Of a stretch of 64,000 bases of DNA, positions 39,742 through 51,418 are shown piece after piece; within the stretch, counting starts at the first letter, position 1; every line of letters begins with the position of its first letter. Made by a program: the position numbers and the translations under genes. Source of the stretch: Mytilus californianus (taxonomy: Eukaryota); assembly GCF_021869535.1 (NCBI RefSeq), contig NW_026262615.1:12896001-12960000 (forward strand), in the 5' to 3' direction. The notes under the pieces were generated by a model. That model was given only the letters and a program-made list of their open reading frames with translations. It searched no databases and was not told the origin of the DNA.

Positions 39742-41080
39742 GTAAATACTTAGAGACATTATATAGTTACCTCTGAATATTATATTTTATACACAGTTCA
39801 ATGTCAAAATGACATCATGCAAATGTTATTGCCTAATCTTACAAAAGCAAACATCATACACCCTGAATTGGTAGTAATGCATTATAATCACAAGTTTAAT
39901 TTTACTCGGAATATTATCTGCTGTACATTCGGAGGCTAACACATACAATATAATTTTATAAAGACGTCCAAGATATGTTAAATCTTTGATTTATGTTTCT
40001 GAACTCTGATTTTTAAGTACATTTTTGCATACATTTACTAACTATGGTAATGAAATCAATAATACAAGGTTCACTGAGATAGTTATAGCAAAGCAAACAT
40101 GACATTTAAAGGTCAAAATGAGTGGTTTTATCAAGAATAAGATAGCATGGCATGTATAAGTATATAAATGAATCACATGTAAACAAGATATGAACTCAAA
40201 GCACCGCTTAAGGTTTTATTTTCAAAAACTCCAGTTAAATTAGTGTCTACATTGATTATCTATACAAGGACAGCAAAGCCTTATGCTTTCATCATGCTTC
40301 ATTTTAGTGTCAATACTTTTGAAATTAAAATGAAGATTTCAGTGTACAACATTTAAACCATTTGTGAAACCTTAATCTGGACTGTGTAAATGTGGCATGA
40401 TGCCAAAATTCAAGATGAAACAAGTCATTTCAGCAACCTTCAACAGGCCTATGATTGTGCAAAATTTATATATGATTTTCTTCAAAACAAAAAAATGAAT
40501 AATAAAAACATACTTACTACTTACATTATTATTACCTTGCATAGAGCACTATATCAGATAATTAGGTTGATTTTAATACTTTTCTTAATTTGTATTACCT
40601 GAAGAACAGTTTTACTATTCTGCTACCGCTAATTCATGAAGACATATTGCTGAAATAATTGAAATGAATTAATTTGTTAGTCTAAGAGCATAAACAATAA
40701 ATGGCCTACTTAAAGCATATACATGTAGAACAACACAAAATATATTTTTATACAAATTAGGAGATGTATGATTGCCAATGAGAAAATTATCCACCAGAGT
40801 TCAAATTAGGAGGACTTCATTTGTGTCAACTTTATGTTAGGTAGTTTAAAACTTACATTGAACAAAATTATATAATTTGATGAGCTTGAAATTTACAAAC
40901 ATGCGCATATTAGCCTTGAATTGCCCCATTCGTTAAAACACATTTCGTTATTGTTTCGTTTGGATGACTTAAAAGTAAACACATTTGTTATAGAATAAAA
41001 GGAGAAAATAAATTGTTATAATGAAATCTGTTCAATGTAAATAAACTCATCATAGATACCAGGATTCAAATTTTGTATTT

Positions 41081-41124
41081 GCGCCAGACGCGCGTTTCGT
41101 GTACAAAAGACTCATCAGTAACGC
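41081..41124 (-). ncRNA. Minimal type I hammerhead ribozyme in a retrozyme-type repeat (about 41044-41245)
   Basis: GCGTTA-CTGATGA-GTC ttttgta CAC-GAAAC-GCGC-GTC-TGGCGC; one stem II mismatch. Confidence 0.75.
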
Positions 41125-41267
41125 TCGAATAAAAAAAAAATTAAAAGGGCAAAAGAAAGTACGAAGTTGAAGAGCATTGAGGACCAAAATTTCCTAAAAG
41201 TTTTCCAAAATACAGCTAAGGTAATCTTTTCCTGAGGTAAAACAGCTATTGAATACACATTTTACAG

Positions 41268-41411
41268 GTTCAAGTTCAATAACAAATTCTGATCCAGGTA
41301 ATTATTCACTTGGAGTAGTTGGCGGAGTAGGTGTAAGCTGCATCATTATTACAATTGTTTTGGTTTTACTGAGTCAGTCCGCTTTTTCACGTTGGAGAAC
41401 ATATAAAAGGG
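41268..41411 (+). CDS. Stalk and transmembrane exon (SSSITNSDPGNYSLGVVGGVGVSCIIITIVLVLLSQSAFSRWRTYKR)
   Basis: Hydrophobic run followed by basic residues; acceptor ttttacag, donor gtaagt, 144 nt, phase 1 to 1. Confidence 0.85.
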
Positions 41412-43244
41412 GTAAGTATTTACTTCAAACGTATAAATTTAAGACTTTCATGAAAAACAAAAATAAAACTGTGCTCAACGTCCTAAACATGTCAGGTCCC
41501 TCTATAGAATACACTTTATAGTTGACAGTTGTTATTTTTCATCAATATGTTTTCAGTTCACTTGATCAAACATCTGACAAAATAATTAAAACAATATATT
41601 ACATAAAATTGAGAATGGAAATGGGGAATGTGTCAAAGAGACAACAACCCGACCACAGAACAGACAACAGCAGAAGGCCACCAACAGGTCTTCAATGCAG
41701 CGAGAACGTATTTTCAGTATACATTTTTTTCAAATACATGGTGAATCGATCTCTATTGGTAAATACTAGTATCGTAATCTTCATATATCCATTAGGTATA
41801 GATTAGTTAAGACGTTTCTGTCGTAATGGTTTACCAACTGCTTACCTTTCCGATGAATTCAGATAATGTTTGAAGGGTTCTTGTTAGTGAATCCCAAGTT
41901 GTAGCCGTGCTGTTTTGTGGGTTCTTGTTTGTATTTTGTTGTGTTTTTGGGCGTGGTGTCATTTTTTGATTGACATTATATGACTTTTTATTTTGGTTAC
42001 CCTTTTGGTATATTTTCCTTTTGTTCTTTTGAGTTTTCCTTGGATACATATATCTGTTTATAGATTGCATCTCTGAATGTATTTGGTGGAAGGAAAACAG
42101 AACAGAACTGTAATACAACACATAAGATTTATATATATCTGAACATTTAGCTCTCCTTTTTGACATGTTAAAAATGGAGAATTTTAAAAGTGTCTTTGTA
42201 TTCCAAATTAAGAAGAGAATAGTTCAGCCGAACTCAGACAACCTTACAAATATATTAATCAGACAGGCGGACTGACAAATTATGAAATTATTCTTGATCC
42301 TACTTTTATAAGAAGTAATTGCGTCTGCCTTATCTATAATTTTAGATATGGTATACACAATTTTTTTCTCCATTTGCATGTCAGATTAAATGTGAACTAA
42401 TTCATATTTGTCCAACTGCCAACTTAAATTTAATTCAGAATGAGCCAGTTTATTTGTTCCTCTCAAAATTTGTTATATATTAATCGTTCATCTGAACAAG
42501 CTAATAATATGATACATATAGCATTTTAACATGCTTATGTATGTTTGTTTAATGGTGAAGACCTGTTATTTATGTCCCGATTGAAAAAATAGTTCTCGTA
42601 TCACACTGAACGAAGTACGATATCAATAAGTGATTAAAACAAAAACGCGTTAATTATGGTTTACATAACCTGCATTGTGATGACAAATTACGACATTTGT
42701 ATTGGCTCTCAATAAGGTCAAATATGATTTTCAGAGGTCACAACGTACTACTTCTACACTAGCGCAGATATATGATTTTTTTCAATAATTTAAAACACTC
42801 ACATTTTTCATTTGAAAATCTTCGTTTTGACAAATTTGAATCCATTCTGAAGCAAATAATAAGCTTTACTACAAGTTTGTCGCAGGGAGCATAATAACTT
42901 ATATTTGAATTTTTAACTATTCTTCTTACTGTGAGTATTTTTACATGTTATTCTGGTTTGACAGAATAGAGTACTGTATATGGACATTTTGAGTCTGAAA
43001 TATCTCAATAGTTAGAATTTGATGTTGATTGGTATCAACCCTTGTTACTTAGTATCAACAAACGATCGTTTGTTATTATATTGAAATCCTGCAGTTGATA
43101 TCAAGTCGATATCCAATTATTACTTGTAATGAAACCTATTATCAAGGCTATTTAAGCTGTAGAGTTGGGTCGTCAGGAATTGAAAAATGTTTGTTAAGGT
43201 TTGACTATGATGCACAATATTGAATTAATATTATATGTTTGCAG

Positions 43245-43266
43245 GTGACACCCACAACAATAATAT
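43245..43266 (+). CDS. 22-nt micro-exon (GDTHNNNM)
   Basis: tgtttgcag and gtaagt sites; supplies exactly the phase 1 to 2 shift needed between the TM exon and the last exon. Confidence 0.65.
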
Positions 43267-43462
43267 GTAAGTGTTCATATTAATTTTCTCCTTTGATATA
43301 TTTCTAGGAGCCTTTAATGAATATAGTATATTATACGGTATAAGTTTTGTTCATTGTTTAATAATGTACAGTGACCTGTAGTTGTTTAAACCTTTTGACT
43401 TTTGGTGTGGAGTTGTGTGAAATTTGCAAACAGATCATATATCCTTAACTGTTTTAATTTGA

Positions 43463-43506
43463 TCGCAACTGATGAATTGTATTCAGATGAAACGCGTGTC
43501 TAGTGT
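43463..43506 (+). ncRNA. Degenerate type I hammerhead ribozyme, sense strand, in the SRCR gene intron
   Basis: CTGATGA-ATT gtattca GAT-GAAAC-GCGT-GTC-TAGTGT; core intact, stem I weakened. Confidence 0.55.
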
Positions 43507-46016
43507 GCCTGGTAGTATCTTGGATGGGAGTTCATTTGTCTAAATCCCAGATAGTAAAAGTGACCAATAACGTAATTACAGTGAGCATGCAACGTACACT
43601 TTTGTGAATAAACTATATAACATTTTTTAAATCTACAATGGATTATTTAAATGGCATTTAAAACATACTAGACCAGCCCCAACCACCTTTACTTATTTTT
43701 TTTTTTATTTACTTGACTGTATTTATTTTATAGTATAACTATTTTGTCATCTATCTTTTTTCGTGTTTTAAATGATCCGTAAATTTATTTGGAATTTTTA
43801 GCGCAAAGAACCTAGAAAAAAAAAAAAAGAATTCGTGTATGCCAAGGGAAATAATTCTGTCTTGTCTTTTTATATAAGTTGAATTATTTTAGTATATTTG
43901 TTACTGTCCATGTTCAGTTTTTTTTTTTCATGAAACGTTACATTATAATAGCTACTGCCCTATGATTATTCAAATAAACTATAGTAACAGATTGGCAACA
44001 ATTCTTCACTGGTATATAAGTCTTATTATAATATGCTTTTCAAATTATTTAAAAGTATGTTTTCACCTACATTTTGAAATAAATATATATAAAAAAGACT
44101 TTATATTGAAAGATTAAACACCGAAGTTAAGATATTGTGATCGTTTAAAAATTTTCAGAATCGTAATAAAACAATCGTAATTGCATGAAGTCGAAGTAGA
44201 TTGAGCTTCGACAGTGTTAGCAGGTTCAACGCACCATTTTTTCGTAAAATGTCCTATGCCAAGTCAGGATTATGGCAGTTGTTATCAAATAGTTTGTTTC
44301 TATGTACATGATGTATGTTGGCGTTTGGTTTTGTTGCAGTTCAGTGTTGTTGTTCCGTTGTTTTCTTTTTATAGTTGATGTGTTTCCCTCGGTTTTAGTT
44401 TGTAACCCGGATTTGTTTTCGCTTAATCGATGTATGGCTATTGAACAGCGGTAAAATACTGTTGCCTTTATTTAGCATAACGAGCATTACTGAAGAGACA
44501 TAATGCAGTAAAATTTGTCTCGTTAATACTATTGTATTCATCACTTTCATACAATTTAAATGTCAATTCCAGTGATAAGAGTTAAAACAAGGAATGTTAA
44601 AATTTACATAGACGGGCATTTGGGAGTTAGAAATGAGTATAAATGATTTAGGTTAGTTAAGAAATAAGATTAGATAACCGATATCAAACATACGTACATA
44701 CATTTTTATAAACACACCATAAAAAAAAAACAAATCAGAAGGAATAGTATTAACTTCACACATAGAGAACTAATACAGTGTAGAGATCAAACAACACATA
44801 ATTGAAAACGCAAAACTTTTTTTGAATACTAGTAAGTAACATAACTCTGTTTCGAAAATTACTATAATGACACGCTGTAACGTATTTTATCAATTGGCGC
44901 CGGTGTGCCGTGGCCGAAAAGGTTAATTACAATCATCACATATATGTCAAAACTGAGGTTGTCATTTATAACCCATTTAGTGACGAGATTTATTCCAAAA
45001 AGATCTGAATAGGCAAATATTGCCAGTGTCCATTTTGAAGGTCGGTAATTGTCTCGGGGACTCCTGCAATACAAACTGGCAGACATTATACAATCAAGAT
45101 ATTTGAAAGTGGCGTTGTACACCACCAAACAAACATGCACACACATGTTATCAATGACATGTGTATTCACTGTAACGGTTAACGTTTTGTTACCATCTGT
45201 CATATCTGTTTTTCGTTGATTGGTTAGGCATAAATGAGGTCGCTTATTTTTTTCGTTCGGTTTGAGTTGTTGTCATGTCAAGGTCTTCTTTATCAACCTG
45301 TACGGCATAGATTTTGATCATTTTGGAAGGCTGTACAGTAACATATAATTGCTTACATCTACGTTATTTGGTCTTTGATGGATAATTGTTTACTTGACAG
45401 TAAATACACTTCTCCTTATTTTTATATGTTCTATTGGATGGTAGATAGTATATAACTGCTTTAAACATAAACAATTAAGGCTGAAGATGATGATTAGCAA
45501 ATAAAGCACCGATATTTGGTGGCGAACATATATTTGGACATGAAGGGAAACCTAGCACTTTGATTTAAATTGTTAACTTGGTGGTTCGCAGGGTTATAAG
45601 GATAGGCTTAAATACCCGTCACTAAAAAAGTATGCATCATTCCTAACACCATACAGTATGCTTAGCTGAGAAGCTGTACATAGCAATTTTCACGTTTGTG
45701 GTTTGAACTGGAAATGACGAGAACCGACAACCATCTACACTCAAATAAGGCACGATACAACTATTAAGCAGTTACATATAGACATATACAAATATACATA
45801 GACAATTAAACTTTGGAAATACAAACAGTCAAATTCAGGGCTATTCAATGAACTATAAAAACACTTTCTACAAGAGGTTCCACAGTAGAAAGTCAACATA
45901 CAAATATATCATTTGACAAAAGCGGATTTAATCGATACAACGGTTCAAGGTGATACCATCAGATGCAATTTAGTTGGTCAGGTATTCTTAAAAGTTTTCA
46001 TTTCATTTTTTTTCAG

Positions 46017-46176
46017 GGAGGAATCCTACGATGACTTAAGGATAAATCAATCAACTTCAGATTATTCTGTTTATACCAATCAGAACAATGAAACCAACAG
46101 CGCTAAAAGGGAAAGTAATGTACCATTTGAAACGTACGACAACTTAGGACAAGATTTCTACGAGAATTCATTTTGA
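46017..46176 (+). CDS. Terminal exon, cytoplasmic tail with Tyr motifs (EESYDDL...DYSVY...ETYDNL...FYENSF*)
   Basis: Acceptor tttcattttttttcag, phase 2, TGA at 46174-46176, AATAAA at 46205-46210. Confidence 0.8.
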
Positions 46177-46499
46177 CATTTTGATATCTGCCTATAACGG
46201 ATTAAATAAATCAGATAAACAAACTCATCAAATATACCAGGCTTATACAAATTACTTTGTTTAGTTTTAGCATATTTGTTTGCAAAAAGGATTAGACACA
46301 CGTAAGTCCAACTTAGATCGTCTTCTCCTAAGATACAATATAAGTCAATATAATTTCATACATGTAGCATGCAAATATCAAATGTATCGTTGCACAATAT
46401 ATAATTTAACATTTGACAACATATTAACAGACAATATAGAAAAAGGAAAGATAGGAAAAAAGGAAGAAAAAACATGCATGTGTGTGTGTGGATCAATAC

Positions 46500-46765
46500 A
46501 TTCATATTATACACATGATTAAACAAAGAACATTTTGGTAATTTTAATATATTCAAAAACATTTCTAAAAATTTCTTCATTTTGCTCATTTGTCAGATTT
46601 ATACTACCAGATGTTATAATCTCTAGATCCAACACAATGTCGTCTGGTAACCAACTAAGACTATTCTTAAGAATGTGACATGAATTTGTATATAAAGGAC
46701 ATTTAAAGAAGAAATGATTAGTATCTCCACGGATATCCACAGCAACCAGATTGATCTGATACAAT
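46500..46765 (-). mobile_element. LINE (CR1/L2-like) 3' end fragment
   Basis: DTNHFFFKCPLY...NEEIFRNVFEYIKITK is the typical C-terminal HxxxxC region of non-LTR ORF2. Confidence 0.65.
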
Positions 46766-46962
46766 GTTTATTTTAAAGAGACCAAAATAAAGGAATGAAG
46801 CTGAACATCTTAATTGCGTTAAAATACTATTGACCCTGCCACGTCCGGTCTGTGTTTTCGTCAGATATTTTCTGCTGTGTATCGATCGGAGTAGTTAAGA
46901 CCGTCTTAACTGATTGTTAATTTTTGTTCTGGTGTTGTACTTTATGACTACTGTCCCAGGTT

Positions 46963-46996
46963 AGGGGGGGGGGGGGGGTGGGGGGGGGGGAGGGGG
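46963..46996 (+). repeat. Poly-G tract within a family B repeat head
   Basis: Long G runs seen directly; a comparable poly-C tract lies at 12849-12876. Confidence 0.85.
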
Positions 46997-47159
46997 TTTC
47001 CGACAGCAAACTAGTTCTATATGTGCCTGTCACAAGTCAGGAGCTCAGGTCTGTCAAATTGGAGTTTCGTAAATTGTTTTATCATAAATTAAATCCACTT
47101 TATTTGAACCTGAATGGATAGTTGTCTTCTTGGCAATCATATCACATCTCCTTCTCTTT

Positions 47160-47902
47160 AAGTTAAGGGTTTTGTTGTAGATTAGAAATAAAGACGTCGA
47201 ACGAACGTGTGAAGTAGGTTTGGGGAAATATTGCATGCAAATATGCTTAGATGTTTATTCTTTGGGTAATAGTCAACCTGGATTTTATAAATAACGAAGT
47301 CGTATTATTAAATTTCAAATACTTTATCACTATCTTCAGAGACTGGATTTCAGAACTTCATCGTTTTCCTCTTGCAACATTTAAACTTCAAACACTTGAC
47401 TTGTCTACCCTCTATACAAGTATTCCAAAATCTTAACTAAACGACAAATTGAAAATTTGGTCCTGCTTTGTTTCCTAAAAAAGAATGACAAACGTATATA
47501 CCAATGTCTTGTTTTAGGGAGGGATAAATCATACTTTGTAAAAAAAAGGGAATTTAATGACAAACTCTCAAAAAACGAAATTATCAAGATGCTTGATTTC
47601 ATAATCAATACACGATTTGTAATGTTTGGAGGACGTATTTTTCACAAATAAATAACATTCCCATGGAAACCAAATTAGCTCTTCTTCTTGTCGACTTGTG
47701 TCTTTATTCATATGAAAGAGACTTCATACAGGAGTGCCTACGGAAGAATGAAAACACTAGCATCATCCTTAAACTTCACGTTCCATTATATAGATTGATT
47801 GATTGTTGTTTGCTTTACGCCGCATTAGCACAGAAAGGCTATATCGCGGCGATCCATTATATAGATGTCCTCCCACTGAATATTTCAAAGTTTGGTGACT
47901 AA
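47160..47902 (+). mobile_element. Penelope-like RT core fragment, degenerate
   Basis: DLSTLYTSIP, KMLDFIINT.FVMFGG.IF, PMETKLALLLVDLCLYSYE (from GIPMGTNCAPLLADLFLYSYE) and HYIDV (from YIDDV). Confidence 0.8.
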
Positions 47903-48683
47903 TCCAGTGGTTGTCGTTGGTTCATGTCTGTCATTTTTCGTAAATTGTTTTATTATAAATCAGTCCGTTAGTTTTCTCAATTGAATTGTTTCATATTTTT
48001 CATGTCGGGGCCTTTTATAGCCAACTATACGGTATGGGTTTTCTCATTGTTGACTACGTACAGTTGCCTTTAATGGCTTACATCCATTTCATTTGAACTT
48101 TGGTGGATATTTGTCTCATTGTCAATTATATCACATCTCCTTATGTTTATGTTTATATTAAAATGTGTTCTGAAGAAATATGTTTTGGCATTTAAATAAA
48201 AAATTATCGAATTCAAAGACCATAATCAATCAAATAAATCCATACTCTTTATTATAAGTTTTTGTTTATTTTACTTGTTATGTATGTTCTTTTAATTTAA
48301 GTTATACGCCCTTTAAATTTTACTATGAGTTCACAGTAACAGTTATTTTAAAATGAAACACATTATAATAAGTGTTATCAATAATGTAACACATGTGAAG
48401 ACAATAACAAAATGTCGTTGTTCTTTTATTTATCAATATTTCTATTTGAGCAAAACTAAAATGCCGTTCATAACAAAAATACTAAGATCTAAAAAAAGCA
48501 ATTCATGTATCTTAATTTTTTAATTACACTGATAATATGCATTGATAACTGCACCATAGTTTCCATCTAAAACAAAGGAAATAAAAATAAAAATTAACAA
48601 GCATCTATCCCCTCTTAAAAGAGAAACATCTTGTAATTTGCGTAAAAGGTCATGCGTAGTTTGCCGTAGTGTTTATGTATCAT

Positions 48684-49046
48684 TTAACTATCAAAACTGT
48701 CCCATATTCTCATTTCAGTTGTTCGACTAAGTTTTTTACCTCTTTTAACCGATTCTGTTAGACCATTTCGCTTAAGCAGTTGAACTATCAATGTTGATCC
48801 TGAGTGAATAGCATACATAAGTGCAGTCCTTCCCGCAGAGTCTGTTGCATTTATTTCAACATTATTGTCAAACAGACACCTTATTATGTCCAATTTCCTT
48901 TTCTCGTCAGCATTAACCTGGCAAGCAATCATAAGTGGTGTCAGTCCATTTGAATTCGTACAGTTACAATTCACCCCGCCTGTTGTTAAAATTTTAGCAA
49001 GTTTTAGATTCCCTGTTGACAGTGCTGTAATGAGCATTTCCTCCAT
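48684..49046 (-). CDS. Single-exon ankyrin repeat protein, ANKRD34-like N-terminal module (120 aa from the first ATG)
   Basis: GNLKLAKILTTGG, GLTPLMIAC and GRTALMYA follow the ANKRD34 repeat order and spacing by eye. The ORF extends upstream without an ATG; possible UTR acceptor at 49200. Confidence 0.75.
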   Translation of the reverse strand: MEEMLITALSTGNLKLAKILTTGGVNCNCTNSNGLTPLMIACQVNADEKRKLDIIRCLFDNNVEINATDSAGRTALMYAIHSGSTLIVQLLKRNGLTESVKRGKKLSRTTEMRIWDSFDS

Positions 49047-49889
49047 GTCCAGTTTTGAATTTTCAATTTGTGTCCTTACATGTGAAATATATTCTACTGG
49101 TGTATTCTCAATTACTTCGGATCTTATAGCTATTTTAAAGGTCAATTCCCTAATTTGACATCTTCCCACTGTAACTATACCCACACATTATATTGTTAAT
49201 CTGTTACAAATGTCCAAATTTGTAAAAAGCTGGATTGTTGAACCTTAAGATGAAAGTATTAAAGAATATTGACCTTTTGTTTGAAACAAATTGATTCAAA
49301 CGTGTCAAGATTAACTTCGTCATATACATTGACGTTGAATTTGCCACTTTGCACATAGAAGAAATAGTAAATGTATTCGATTGTCTAAAATTGAATTTAT
49401 AAAACAAGTCCAATATTTAAAATAGCCGACTGCTAATGTTATATACACACCCTGAAAGTATATCCCATAGTACTATATCAAAATTATAATAATCCGAACT
49501 TCTATTTAAGACCAGTATTCATTTATTCTAAACAAAATTTTATTGAAGAAACTAGCATAACATTTTACAAAAGTGTATCTCTTTTGAAAGTATTTGAATT
49601 TAACAAACGTTTCTCCTCAATAAAATCAACATACAACGTTTTGCTTTTCAAGGAGATGATATTTTAAATGGTTAAAATAAGAAGAAAAAAAAACCTTTAA
49701 AGAGGTGTATATTTTTTCTTTTTAATTTTTATTATTGATATTATTCAATTCGGTTAACACAGGTACATTTTTTTTAGTTGAACAGAAGAGAAATAATACG
49801 AATTGGAAAGTAACCGTTTTACCCGCTGGGATACTATCTGTGTCAGAAATTTAACTCGGAAAATAAAGTTTTGATGATAGAAATGTTTT

Positions 49890-50640
49890 AAAAGAGAGGC
49901 GAGAGATACGAAAGGGACTATCATACTCATAAGTCGAAATAAACTGACAATACCATGGCTAGATTAGAAATAAACAAACAGACAAACAACAGTTCACAAA
50001 ACACTACATAGAAAACAACAGACTGAGAAGGACGAACCACATCACAAACTTGGGGGTGATCTCAGGTGCTCCGGAAGGGAAGCAGATTCTGCTCCACACG
50101 TGGCACCCGTCGTGTTGCTCATGTTAGTAAAAATCCGGTTATAAGTCTAATTCGGTAGGTCACATTCGGGAAAGGGGGACGGGATTGTAGTTACGACAAT
50201 TAGAACATATCCGCTATCATCTGTGAAACGGATATTCCATAACGGTCAACAAACTCGTGATGGCGTCCGTAAAATTAATAAAGGGATGATTTCAACTTCA
50301 CCGCTTGGAACTCTTGGTTCAATAGATTCCTTGTGAGCAACAACCTTCTATGAAAAAAACATGTTAGCAATATACAAGCCCTGGAATATCGTATCAATTG
50401 GGAGATATGAACTCCGTATGAAGGCGCTGCTGGCATGTTGCTACATATAAATGGAAAGTTCACAATTGGGAATCTGAAATCATCTCTTCTGTCGTAAAGT
50501 TTTGTTTTCAATCGACCATATCTGTCAATTTTAAGATGTAAGTCAAGATATGAGGCAGACTTAACTGTATATGTTGTAGCCTCAAGTTCGAGAGGATAGA
50601 TACGTTCAACACAATCACAATTATCATTAATTATCATTCA
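49890..50640 (-). mobile_element. Penelope-like retroelement, 5'-truncated RT C-terminus and 3' UTR
   Basis: IYPLELE...SASYLDLHL...KLYDRRDDFRFPIVNFPF..SN.PAAP.YGV.ISQLIRYSRAC; the 3' UTR gtggagcag...gagcacctgagatcacccc also occurs as solo fragments at about 930-1115 and 33475-33640. Confidence 0.85.
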
Positions 50641-51029
50641 AATAATCTTAGGGGTACTGTCTACCGTTGACTCTGCACAATGATGTTGAATATTGGTGAA
50701 TATGGTACTTTATTTTCTAAAAAGTCAAAAGCTTTATTTATAAACGAATCTTGATACACAGAAAACATAAGCTCGCCCGGATTATCCCAACTTAGCTCCT
50801 ATATCAGCCATTGTAGTAAGTTTTTCATCTTCATTCATTATCGGCTATGGTCGTTTAGAAATATTTCCAGTTTTAAGCGAACACTTTGAATGAAAGCGTC
50901 AATGGAATATATCTAAAGGGTAACAACATGTCAAGCTGAGTGCAAACGAACAATAAAAAATAAATTTCATTTCTGAAAACAAATGGAGTGTTGAAAGAAA
51001 ATATTATCGTCCCAGGTGTTTAAGTGTAA

Positions 51030-51418
51030 GGATGTTCGCTTCTCTGTTTCAAAATAACAAGCTTTTTAAAAGGCTGTTATAAATTGATAGAATATAAATG
51101 AAGAAACTAAAACAGCAGAAAAAAATTAAGGGTCCGTGTGCTTGTTTTCGAGCTATTGCCATTGAAAATTTGGCGGGAAATGATTCCCTCTAGATTTTTC
51201 ATACATTTAACATTGGTACCTTTTTTTCTTTCAAAAACAATGAAAAAATAACAGGATTTTATAAGATTTTCAAATATGGCTTTTTAAACTATATGTAATA
51301 AAATTATGAAAGGAAAAGTAGGGGTTAGCAGGCAAAATTTTCAGTGGCACTACATGGATAAAAACAGAGGGTTTCCGAATATCTGGCAAAAAATTCAAAC
51401 CAGGAGGAGCGAACATCC
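51030..51418. mobile_element. MITE, same family, opposite orientation
   Basis: gtaa|ggatgttcgct ... agcgaacatcc|ttaa; 389 bp, the same length as the 19000 copy. Confidence 0.75.

Noticed and set aside
39268-39759. 163-aa minus-strand ORF, one of the longest non-TE ORFs
   Set aside because: Antisense shadow of the plus-strand TSP1 exon (39568-39741); no domain features.
48865-49158. 97-aa plus-strand ORF
   Set aside because: Antisense to the ankyrin ORF.
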